NCBI GenBank assembly: GCA_038327915.1
Contig: JBBQLO010000002.1
Location: forward strand, 1-50,454
Length of the DNA stretch: 50,454 bases
Direction of reading: 5' to 3'
DNA from: Parcubacteria group bacterium
GTDB lineage: Bacteria > Patescibacteriota > Minisyncoccia > Phycocordibacterales > DATDWN01
The notes below the pieces were generated by a model. That model was not told where the DNA came from and ran no database searches. It was given only the letters and a program-made list of their open reading frames with translations. Both the position numbers and the translations under genes were made by a program. This document shows positions 25,941-34,018 of this stretch, piece after piece. Within the stretch, counting starts at the first letter, position 1, and each line of letters begins with the position of its first letter.

Positions 25941-28595
25941 CTACACAACAAAATTCACAAGCCTGAGAGGAACATACACCACTTTTTTAATCTCATTACC
26001 CAACAACCACTTATCCACAGCTGGCAATGCTTGTGCTACTGTTACGATTTCAGATTCCACAGTATCCAAAGCAACAATTATTTCACCTCTTACTTTACCA
26101 TTAACTTGTACTACAATTTTTACTTGACTTTCTTTCATTTTTTCAGCATCGACTTTTGGCCATGTCTCGGATACGATGAGTGTCTTGTGGCCCAGTGCAT
26201 GCCAGATTTCTTCAGCAACATGGGGAGCAAAAGGTGTTAGGATTTTAAGGAACATTTCAAAGTCTTTTTGTGCAGTCGCATCTGACTTTTCCATTTCATT
26301 GACTAAAATCATCATTGCCGAAATAGCAGTATTGAAAGCAAAATGTTCTATATCATCACTTACTTTTTGAATGGTTTTATGAATAAGAGTCTCGAGCCTT
26401 GTGTCAAAAGTGCTGTCAAAGGGCACCTTTGACACTTTCATAGCTAACCTCCACACCTTCTCTACAAACCGCCTTGAGCCTATTATATTTTCAGTACTCC
26501 ATGGTAAAGAAGCCTCAAAGGGGCCCATAAACATTTCGTACACACGCAAAGTATCTGCGCCATAGGTCATGACTATGTCATCAGGGTTGACTACATTGCC
26601 CCAACGCTTGCTCATTTTTCTATTATCTCCTCCCAATATCAATCCTTGATTTCTTAATGATTTAAAAGGTTCATCAGTCGGCACGAGACCGAGGTCAAAC
26701 AAAAACTTATGCCAAAATCGTGCATACAGCAAGTGCCCTGTCGCATGTTCAGCCCCACCGACATACATATCTACATCTTGCCAATAATCAATTTTTTTTC
26801 TATCTGCAAAAACTTTTTTATTTTTCGGATCCATGTAACGTAGAAAATACCACGAAGAGCCAGCCCAGCCTGGCATGGTGTTTGTCTCGTATCCTTTTTT
26901 AACCCATGCCGTCACCTTAGCCAATGGCCCCTGTCCCATACCCGTTGGTTCATATGAAATAACTTTTGGTAGTTTCAAGGGCAATGTACTTTCTGGCACT
27001 TCATGGATAACCCCTTCAGTATCACGAAAAAGCGGTATAGGCTCGCCCCAATACCTTTGACGTGCAAATATAGCATCACGCATTTTGTATTTTGTAACCA
27101 TTTTCCCTCCGACGAACTCTGTAATGGCTTTCTTGGCAGTTTCCGAATCCATACCGTCAAATTTTCCAGAATTAATAAGTGTTGAATATCCAATAAAAAG
27201 TTCTTCTTCACTCGTTAATACTTTTCGTACCGGTAATCCATACTTTTTTGCAAATTCAAAGTCGCGCTCGTCGTGAGCAGGTACAGCCATAACAGCACCA
27301 GTTCCATAAGAAGCTAGCACATAGTCTGCAACCCAGACCGGCACTTCTTCCCCATTCGCTGGATTTACAGCTTTGACTCCTTTTAGCTCAACTCCTGTTT
27401 TTTGCTTTGCGTCATCAAAGCCTTTGACAGAGCCCGGTGCGTCTAATATTTTTTCTATATATTTTTTTACTTCTTCCCAATTTTCAATTTTGATTTCTAA
27501 TTTTTGGTCTTTGATCTTAGATAAAAGAGCATGCTCCGGCGAAATTACAAGATACGTCACACCGAACAACGTATCGGGACGGGTAGTAAATACTCTAATT
27601 TTTTCTGCCTCCTCTTTCCCAGCTACTATCTGCTTTCTACTATCTACTATATTAAATCCAATCTCCGCTCCCAAAGAGCGACCAATCCAATTTCTCTCAA
27701 TCTCCTTTATATGTTCCGGCCAATCTATTTTCTCTAATCCCAAAAGAAGTTTTTCTGCATATACCGTAATGCGCAGAAACCACTGTCGCATCGATCTCTT
27801 CTCTACAGGAAATCCACCGCGTTCAGAGACTGGTTTGCCGTCTTTGTCATCTACAACTTCGTCATTGGCGAGTACAGTGCCAAGCTCTGGGCACCAGTTG
27901 ACCTCAGCATATCCCTCATATGCCAAACGGTATTTCATGAGCTCACTTTGCTTTTCTAATTCACTTTTTGAATTCCAGTTTCCTTCTTCTTTATCTTTTC
28001 CATCTGTTTTTTCATTTGCAAATTTTTTGATGAGGGTTTCAATGGGTTCAGCTTTGTCTGTCTCCAAATTGTACCAAGAGTTATAAAGCTTTAGAAAAAT
28101 CCACTGAGTCCATTTGTAGAATTTAGGATCAGTCGTATTTACTTTCCTTTCCCAATCATACGAGAGGCCTATTATTGATAGTTGCTTTTCAAATGTTTTG
28201 ATATTTTCGGCTACAGCTTTGGCTGGAGAAATTTTGTGTTGTATAGCGTATTGTTCAGCCGGCAAACCAAATGCGTCGTAGCCCATTGGGTGAAGAACAT
28301 TAAACCCCTGCATGTGCTTCATGCGAGCATACACATCAGAACCAATGTAACCTTTTGGATGACCAACATGAAGTCCTGTGCCAGAGGGATACGGAAACAT
28401 ATCGAGTACGTATTGCTTCGGCTTTTTACTTGTATCGTCTGCCTTATATGCTTTCTTTTTACTCCATTCCTTTTGCCACTTCTTCTCGATTTTTACATGG
28501 TCATATTCTTTCTGCTTTCCTGTCGTAGCTCGAGACTTACGAGGAACAGAGGAAGGTCTTCTCTTTTCAATTTTGGAGTGATCGTTGTCTTTCAT
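25941..28595 (-). CDS. leuS: Leucine--tRNA ligase
   Basis: 884 aa. PYPSGTGLHVGHP (HIGH), KMSKRWGNV (KMSKS), an editing-domain-sized insertion. Also a ~30-aa basic N-terminal extension. Confidence 0.95.
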   Translation of the reverse strand: MKDNDHSKIEKRRPSSVPRKSRATTGKQKEYDHVKIEKKWQKEWSKKKAYKADDTSKKPKQYVLDMFPYPSGTGLHVGHPKGYIGSDVYARMKHMQGFNVLHPMGYDAFGLPAEQYAIQHKISPAKAVAENIKTFEKQLSIIGLSYDWERKVNTTDPKFYKWTQWIFLKLYNSWYNLETDKAEPIETLIKKFANEKTDGKDKEEGNWNSKSELEKQSELMKYRLAYEGYAEVNWCPELGTVLANDEVVDDKDGKPVSERGGFPVEKRSMRQWFLRITVYAEKLLLGLEKIDWPEHIKEIERNWIGRSLGAEIGFNIVDSRKQIVAGKEEAEKIRVFTTRPDTLFGVTYLVISPEHALLSKIKDQKLEIKIENWEEVKKYIEKILDAPGSVKGFDDAKQKTGVELKGVKAVNPANGEEVPVWVADYVLASYGTGAVMAVPAHDERDFEFAKKYGLPVRKVLTSEEELFIGYSTLINSGKFDGMDSETAKKAITEFVGGKMVTKYKMRDAIFARQRYWGEPIPLFRDTEGVIHEVPESTLPLKLPKVISYEPTGMGQGPLAKVTAWVKKGYETNTMPGWAGSSWYFLRYMDPKNKKVFADRKKIDYWQDVDMYVGGAEHATGHLLYARFWHKFLFDLGLVPTDEPFKSLRNQGLILGGDNRKMSKRWGNVVNPDDIVMTYGADTLRVYEMFMGPFEASLPWSTENIIGSRRFVEKVWRLAMKVSKVPFDSTFDTRLETLIHKTIQKVSDDIEHFAFNTAISAMMILVNEMEKSDATAQKDFEMFLKILTPFAPHVAEEIWHALGHKTLIVSETWPKVDAEKMKESQVKIVVQVNGKVRGEIIVALDTVESEIVTVAQALPAVDKWLLGNEIKKVVYVPLRLVNFVV

Positions 28596-28618
28596 AATTC
28601 AATCATAGTAACGCAAAA

Positions 28619-28863
28619 TTAAGATCTCTTCCACTCCGTTTTCACTCCTTTCCTTTTGTTATCTGCCATGACAAGCTCGTCGTAGATGCCGTCAATGAGC
28701 TCATATCCTTTTGCTTCTTCGAGAGTCACCCATTCGAAAGCGCCTGTTTCTTCTATCTGCAAAGTCACACCGCCGAATTCATACTCGGCAATGCATGAGA
28801 TAACGAGGGAAGGATTTGCATCGGCATGTATTGTCGCGAGGCTCGTGATGGTGAGCCCTAGGC
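28619..28863 (-). pseudogene. 5'-truncated gene fragment resembling the C-terminal half of a Nudix hydrolase
   Basis: Minus-strand frame reads ...LTITSLATIHADANPSLVISCIAEYEFGGVTLQIEETGAFEWVTLEEAKGYELIDGIYDELVMADNKRKGVKTEWKRS*. There is no in-frame ATG before the last 16 codons and no Nudix box. The open frame is closed by TAA at 28890-28892. Confidence 0.45.
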
Positions 28864-28865
28864 AA

Positions 28866-28884
28866 CGCCTAGGGCTAGATTATC
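28866..28884. repeat. 19-nt GC-rich palindromic element, copy A
   Basis: CCCTAGGCAACGCCTAGGG. With flanks it forms a 9-bp stem, AGCCCTAGG / CCTAGGGCT. It is the inverted partner of copy B. Confidence 0.8.
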
Positions 28885-28949
28885 ATTCTGTATGTTTGAT
28901 TGGTGACTTCATCTTTTTTTAAGTAAATTTCTCAAATTTAAGAAATTTA

Positions 28950-29507
28950 CTATCTTACGATTAACATGCACCAATAGTTGCCACCATTTCCACCACCGGC
29001 TCCCCAATTTCCCAATACGCCACCATTACAACTTTGCGAGGTTGGATTAGGGTTTTCTATTCCCCAATGCAAAGTTGCGTACGTACCATTTACGTCGACG
29101 TCAATTCTGTACATATAGGCATCGCCGTAACGAGAAGTATTGTTGAGAGGATCATTGGGAAGTTTAGATATGTATTTTGAAGATAGGGAATTATCGAGTG
29201 CAGTACTGCCGTGATATTGACCGGCCCAACAGGTTCCCGCATCTCCGCGACCTAAACAACACCAGCCGTTTAAACAACCCGCTGTAGTAGGAAAATTAGC
29301 ATTATTATCATCAATATATTGTTGTATAACATTGACTAGTTGTCTCACATCAGCTTGTCGTCGCACATCACGAGCTTTAACACGGGCAGTATTGAGTGAA
29401 GCCAAAACGACACTTGATAAGAGGCCAATAATGGCAATAACAACCAGAAGTTCAATTAAAGTAAAACCTTTTGTTTGATGAGAATAATACTGATTAAAAT
29501 AAATCAT
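28950..29507 (-). CDS. Type IV pilin-like protein (prepilin N-terminal cleavage/methylation domain)
   Basis: KG/FTLIELLVVIAIIGLLSSVVLASL class III signal. Start set at ATG 29507, giving a 13-aa leader MIYFNQYYSHQTKG. Cys-rich globular C-terminal domain. Confidence 0.8.
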   Translation of the reverse strand: MIYFNQYYSHQTKGFTLIELLVVIAIIGLLSSVVLASLNTARVKARDVRRQADVRQLVNVIQQYIDDNNANFPTTAGCLNGWCCLGRGDAGTCWAGQYHGSTALDNSLSSKYISKLPNDPLNNTSRYGDAYMYRIDVDVNGTYATLHWGIENPNPTSQSCNGGVLGNWGAGGGNGGNYWCMLIVR

Positions 29508-29888
29508 GGGGAGTGTTGCAAAAGTGTAATTATTTACCTGGTACATTATTAAAACCGGTTGGATTGAATTTTTTTGATGATCCACTACCCCAACCAAAAA
29601 ACAAAAACAGCGAAACAATAGTTACTACTACCGCAAATCCCAACAGCACATAACTTGCTTTTTTTCATCCCCCACAAATCCCCCAGAATACTTAATAACC
29701 CCCTGAATCATTTTTGAATTGTCAGAGTTAAAAAATCGGGTAGGATGTTGAAATTCTTCATTCTCAAATATTATATGCGATGGTTCATTATTTGTCCACG
29801 GTGTCCATAAAAAATATTATGGACTTAGCTTTCTACAACTGTTTTTATTATACTACTATCACACCCCCCGCAGTTGAACATTGAATTC

Positions 29889-29907
29889 CCCTGGGCGTTG
29901 CCTAGGG
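29889..29907. repeat. 19-nt GC-rich palindromic element, copy B (inverted, 18/19 identical to copy A)
   Basis: CCCTGGGCGTTGCCTAGGG is the reverse complement of copy A with one A-to-G change that keeps a G-U pair. Lies 7 nt beyond the stop of the 29915-30865 gene. Confidence 0.8.
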
Positions 29908-29914
29908 TAATTCC

Positions 29915-30865
29915 CTACATTGGTAATTTTCCGCCAGGATATTGAGAGGTAGAAACTGATTCTGTAAAGCAGAAATACCCACCTTGGTGATTCCACACAG
30001 GATTACCATAATACGGCATCATCAGATGAGTTCCTGATGTGTCGTTTTTACTATCAGATGTCCTATTAAACGTTGCGCAAAGTTTATAAGTTTTATTGTA
30101 TGGCGTACTTGTGGATGTTGCTTGATATTCATACGGCTGACCAGTTTGTTGGTCTGTCGACAATCTAAAATATGGATCATTTTGAGCAAGATCATTCAAA
30201 CTTATTGGCAAGACACCTTTCGTCAAGTAGTAATTTTGTATCTGTGTACCGAGATTTTGTAAATCATTTACCTTTTGCACATCATATTTCATAAGCTGTT
30301 GCGTGCGTGGAGAGCCAAGAACTGCAAAGCCCCAGATGATAGACGAGAGAATAATAAAAACTGAAATACCAACCCAAACTTTTCTCGACAGAGGATTCAA
30401 CGTGTTCCTCAAATCAGAAATGTAGTATAAAAATATTGCAAGTGTTACAACGAAAATTGTGAGAACTTTAAGAAGAAAGCCCATGGTCAATTCCTGACCA
30501 TCTATGAAGTAGTAAAGCACGGTGACCAAATCCCCTGCTAAGGTAAGTCCTGCCACAAAAAGCGTAATGTAGGTAAGCCAACGACGTACTGCAATCTGTT
30601 TTCTTTCTGGTGATATTACATAATCTTTTTCCAAGACCCACAGGAAAAGAATATAAATTGGAAAGAAAATAATCAGTGTAGCTACAGAAAAGCTAATAGA
30701 CTGGCTTCCGTAATAATAATCATTGGTAATCTGAGGATGGGCAGTATTGATAACTGTAAACAGGAGGTTGATCAAACTGACCACGGTTGTATAGAAAGCG
30801 ACTATCGCTCCCAGATTCAAAAAGAAATCTTTAGCCGAAGTTTTCGGTTTTGATTGTAAGTCCAT
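29915..30865 (-). CDS. DUF5671-like four-to-six-TM membrane protein with a pilin-like extracellular C-terminal domain
   Basis: N-terminus SAKDFFLNLGAIVAFYTTVVSLINLLF is typical of DUF5671. C-terminus LPISLNDL...DQQTGQPYEYQ...YKLCATF resembles the globular part of CPR pilins. Confidence 0.7.
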   Translation of the reverse strand: MDLQSKPKTSAKDFFLNLGAIVAFYTTVVSLINLLFTVINTAHPQITNDYYYGSQSISFSVATLIIFFPIYILFLWVLEKDYVISPERKQIAVRRWLTYITLFVAGLTLAGDLVTVLYYFIDGQELTMGFLLKVLTIFVVTLAIFLYYISDLRNTLNPLSRKVWVGISVFIILSSIIWGFAVLGSPRTQQLMKYDVQKVNDLQNLGTQIQNYYLTKGVLPISLNDLAQNDPYFRLSTDQQTGQPYEYQATSTSTPYNKTYKLCATFNRTSDSKNDTSGTHLMMPYYGNPVWNHQGGYFCFTESVSTSQYPGGKLPM

Positions 30866-31474
30866 TTTGATTTAATTAAGCTAATAAATCATATTAATGA
30901 TATACTTAATAGTAGAAATATGCTACCTCAAATTGACTGCATTTCTCCAGATTTTGTTCATAAATTAGAAGCTATTATGAACACAACACGTGGTTCATTG
31001 AGCATAACGGTCGAAGAATTTCTCTTGGAAGTTATGCTCAACACTGAAAACAAAAGTATAAGCAATATTGTCTGGAATATTTTCTGGAATTCCCCCAAAA
31101 AACTTTGCACAAGAACCATTGAAGGGATAAATGAATATAAACCTTGAGATCACATCAAAAGATTTTTTTCTTTCATATTTATTCGAGAAACACCCCGCCA
31201 GCTCTGCTGCGGGGATGAATAAAATTGTATCGGAGGTGATCGATTCTAATACGAATACATAAACCCTGGTTTGTGTCGCCAAATACCTCGATTGCTCAGG
31301 ATCGGGAACGGACGGAGCGACTGCTTTTATTGTTTCAAATGTATTTTCTTTTCTATATATTTAAACACAAGCATACCGAGACATTTTTATATAACAAGTT
31401 ATCCATAATCCTGTTTCAAATCGATTAAAAGAAAGAGCAACTTGGACAGCTAAGCCAAAGTCGCCCTTATTTAA

Positions 31475-32071
31475 TCAATCATAAATACTCGCAATGAGAT
31501 TTATTGCGACCTTCACCGTTTGCTCGATGAGATATTCTGGATCGCTATAACCCATCGCCTGCTCCGCTTCCAGTGCTCTAATGAAAGCATTGCTGTGTTT
31601 GACATCTGCTTCACCATGGATATCTGTATATGTGAAATCAGTGCATCCACACTTCTCTGCTCGCCGAGCAAGATCAGGAATAAATATTTCCGATGTACTT
31701 TCAAGTACAGCACAGAGTGCAATTCCGTTCAAACCAGAGATTGCCGGCTCCGTAAACAATTTACGTATTAATGATACTTCCCTATAAGTATGAGTAAAAT
31801 CATCACGGTTCGGCTGAGCATTGGAAAGCGCCGCAAACCGTAGAAGCATTCCAACATGATCTTGGATGCTTTCACACCGCAAGTTGTCCACTAATGCGTG
31901 ACGTGCAGTCTCGTGACGTACCCACGGAATTGTTTTACCGATCCAATCAGTAAAGTTTACCGCGATTGCTGCTGTGTAGCGAGCGATCACTACGCGAGAA
32001 TCCGTGTTGCAATTAATGACGATATCCCCGACTTCATCTTTTGCTCTAGAAATAAATTCATTTACCTTCAT
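31475..32071 (-). CDS. Heme-oxygenase-like fold protein (iron-containing redox enzyme / DUF3865-like)
   Basis: Start set at ATG 32071, preceded by AAAGGAG. Ligand-like pattern NLRCESIQDH ... LESTSE ... DIHGEADVKH recalls the E/H-rich helices of heme-oxygenase-like diiron proteins. Visibly more GC-rich than its neighbours. Confidence 0.55.
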   Translation of the reverse strand: MKVNEFISRAKDEVGDIVINCNTDSRVVIARYTAAIAVNFTDWIGKTIPWVRHETARHALVDNLRCESIQDHVGMLLRFAALSNAQPNRDDFTHTYREVSLIRKLFTEPAISGLNGIALCAVLESTSEIFIPDLARRAEKCGCTDFTYTDIHGEADVKHSNAFIRALEAEQAMGYSDPEYLIEQTVKVAINLIASIYD

Positions 32072-32131
32072 ACATCTCCTTTGATTTGAGTTCCAGTAGG
32101 AGGATACAGTAACTAAAATTATAGTCAATTA

Positions 32132-33274
32132 CTAAATCCTAAACTCAATCACATCCCCATCCCTTACTATATACTCCTTCCCTTCTGTTCGCACCAAACC
32201 TTTTTCCCGAGCAACGGCATAGGAGCCGGCAAAAAGTAAGTCATCACAATGTACCACTTCTGCACGGATGAATTTATCACAGAAGTCTGTGTGTATGGCC
32301 ATGCCTGCCACAGGTGCAGTTGAGTCACGGAGTATTGTCCATGCCCGAGTCTCATCCTCGCCTGTTGTAAAATAAGTAATCAAATTTAAAAGTGAGTAGC
32401 CAGATTTAATTAAATTGTCGATGCCATCATCCTTGCCACCGAGCTCTGTGCGAAACATTTCTTTTTCCTCACCTTCCAAGTCTTTTAGTTCATTTTCAAT
32501 TCCTGCATCTATAACAATCCACTCTGCATTTTCTTTTTTTAGAAATTCCAACAATTTATTGTATCGTAAATCTACTACACCATCTTTCACTTCGTCTAAA
32601 TTCTTTCCGCCTGCTTTTTTATTAAGCGCATACATAATGGGTTTAGCTGTGAGCAAATGAACAGATTTGAGAACAGCTTGTTCTTTTTCATCTAATTGAG
32701 AAGATGCAAGAGATAAATTTATGAGTGAATTCACAAGTCGTCCCTCCTTGAGGCATTCTTCGACTTTTTTCAAAACTTCATATTCAAAAATGGCTTCTTT
32801 TTTAAGAGCTTTCACTTCTTTTTCCAGATTTGAAAGACGTTTTGCTATTGTCTCTTGGTCTGCAAGCATGAGTTCAAGATTGATCACTTCAATGTCTGAC
32901 ACAGGGTCGACTTGATTGTGTACGTGGATAACGTTTGGGTCATCAAATATTCGTACTACTTGTACAATGGCGTCTACTTCACGAATGTTTTGTAAAAATT
33001 TATTACCAAGCCCTTCTCCTTCGGAGGCACCTTTAACGAGTCCAGCGATGTCAACAAACTCCACCACTGCGGGAATAGTTTTTGCTGATTTTGAAAATAC
33101 TGATAACTTACCGACACGTTCATCGGGTACAGGTACAATACCCACAGAAGGATCAATGGTGCAAAAGGGATAATTTTCAGCCGGTACAGCCTTTTTTGTG
33201 AGCGCATTAAAAAGAGTGGACTTTCCCACATTTGGTAAACCAACGATTCCTATATTCAGAGCGCAAGACGACAT
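32132..33274 (-). CDS. ychF: Redox-regulated ribosome-binding ATPase YchF
   Basis: [18 protein letters not shown] (P-loop), [19 protein letters not shown]-like C-terminus FIRAEV...[16 protein letters not shown]. Confidence 0.93.
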   Translation of the reverse strand: MSSCALNIGIVGLPNVGKSTLFNALTKKAVPAENYPFCTIDPSVGIVPVPDERVGKLSVFSKSAKTIPAVVEFVDIAGLVKGASEGEGLGNKFLQNIREVDAIVQVVRIFDDPNVIHVHNQVDPVSDIEVINLELMLADQETIAKRLSNLEKEVKALKKEAIFEYEVLKKVEECLKEGRLVNSLINLSLASSQLDEKEQAVLKSVHLLTAKPIMYALNKKAGGKNLDEVKDGVVDLRYNKLLEFLKKENAEWIVIDAGIENELKDLEGEEKEMFRTELGGKDDGIDNLIKSGYSLLNLITYFTTGEDETRAWTILRDSTAPVAGMAIHTDFCDKFIRAEVVHCDDLLFAGSYAVAREKGLVRTEGKEYIVRDGDVIEFRI

Positions 33275-33639
33275 GAATTTCGTTTAGATTAAGGTACCCA
33301 TATACTTGTAATTCGTCATGTCCAGTAATGACTTTAGTGACGGTTCTTCTAACTATGGCCTGTTTTGCGTCAAAACTCAAGTCGAGTGAAACTTTTTTTG
33401 ATTCCCGTGTGAAGTGTTCAATTTCTGTTTCATAACTTTCAAGTCATTAAAAATAGTAGCAAGAGTCAGAAAAAAACCGTCAATATCTCTTTGATTTTTT
33501 TCGTCGATAAGTCGATGTGGGTCAATTTTTTTTATCACCTTGGAATTTCTTCATTTAGTTTAAAAATGACATGCATATTATTTTTGTACAATTATTTATT
33601 GCAAATTTATTAAATATGTGTTAATATAATTCTCGGAGG

Positions 33640-33923
33640 CACAGGGTAATTAATGTACACCGCAAGAAAAAACATTCGAACTTTGGGACGAAGAAACGTC
33701 CCAAAAAGTTGGAATGAGAACCGCATCAGGAGCTGCCACGCTCCTGCTGGATATCGAAGAAAAATCGTGCGGAGCGCACGGTCAAGAGAAAATAATAATC
33801 TCAATAAATTTAGGGATAATTGGGAAGAATATGAGCATCTAGGTCTCGCTCGCATCCGAAACGCAGACTACCTCTGGTTCTGAATCTCCCCCCAAAAACC
33901 CGTCGCAAGGCGGGTTTCTTCTT
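33640..33923 (+). ncRNA. Candidate structured RNA or 5' leader ending in an intrinsic terminator (alternatively a 76-aa Arg-rich ORF)
   Basis: Three perfect GC-rich hairpins within about 100 nt: 33684-33703, 33727-33746 and 33766-33780. Locally elevated GC. Terminator at 33898-33923. No family recognised. Confidence 0.3.
33898..33923 (+). terminator. Rho-independent terminator with a GNRA loop
   Basis: Stem ACCCGTC / GGCGGGT with loop GCAA, followed by TTTCTTCTT. Lies about 95 nt upstream of ATG 34019. Confidence 0.6.
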
Positions 33924-34018
33924 ATCTAAAGAAGAATTTTTAGTACACATCTATATATATTAAATGTATAATGTACGGACAAAATCTATAAATAAACCTA
34001 CTTAACATACTTTCAACA

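Noticed and set aside
26176-28622. Several long plus-strand ORFs, for example 27373-28086 (237 aa) and 28182-28622 (146 aa)
   Set aside because: They lie entirely antisense to the strongly conserved leuS gene and are Ser/Phe/Leu-rich shadow frames with no motifs. The same reasoning applies to other antisense ORFs in the track, for example 1271-1540, 11882-12247, 13013-13579, 15165-15696, 19935-20702, 32415-33173 and 45339-46207.
28686-28922. Plus-strand 78-aa ORF in the leuS-pilin intergenic region
   Set aside because: The opposite strand in the same place gives a much more protein-like sequence, the Nudix-like C-terminal fragment. The plus ORF is probably its shadow.
28950-29120. Diversity-generating retroelement targeting the Gly/Asn-rich C-terminus of the pilin-like protein
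   Set aside because: No reverse transcriptase gene and no template-repeat copy of the 3' end of the gene is visible anywhere in the window.
28866-29907. Integron attC sites or an integron gene cassette as the explanation for the inverted 19-mers
   Set aside because: I could not find the GTTRRRY / RYYYAAC core sites. No integrase gene or attI lies in the window, and the palindromes are much shorter than typical attC sites.
30920-31282. ORFs 30920-31147 (+) and 30995-31282 (-) in the gap downstream of the HO-like gene
   Set aside because: They overlap each other on opposite strands. One needs a TTG start, neither has a convincing ribosome-binding site or any motif. I left the region as unassigned.
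33275-33600. Minus-strand reading frames upstream of ychF that look like a frameshifted gene (VIKKIDPHRLIDEKNQRDIDGFFLTLATIFNDLKV... then ...ETEIEHFTRESKKVSLDLSFDAKQAIVRRTVTKVITGHDELQVYGYLNLNE)
   Set aside because: There is no start codon for the second frame and no recognisable family. It could be a decayed pseudogene, but the evidence is too thin to annotate.
33641-33720. c-di-GMP-I (GEMM-I) riboswitch, suggested by GCACAGGGTAA and GGGACGAAGAAAC resembling GCACAGGGCAAA and GGGACGCAAAGCC of the Vc2 aptamer
   Set aside because: The spacing between the two elements is about twice that of the aptamer. There is no GNRA tetraloop/receptor arrangement and no P2 CCGG...GGUAGC elements. The second match is just a simple hairpin.
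33870-33895. tRNA or tmRNA T-arm-like sequence GGTTCTGAATCTCCCCCC
   Set aside because: No complementary T-stem, acceptor stem or CCA context exists, and no tag-peptide-like reading frame ending in hydrophobic residues lies upstream.
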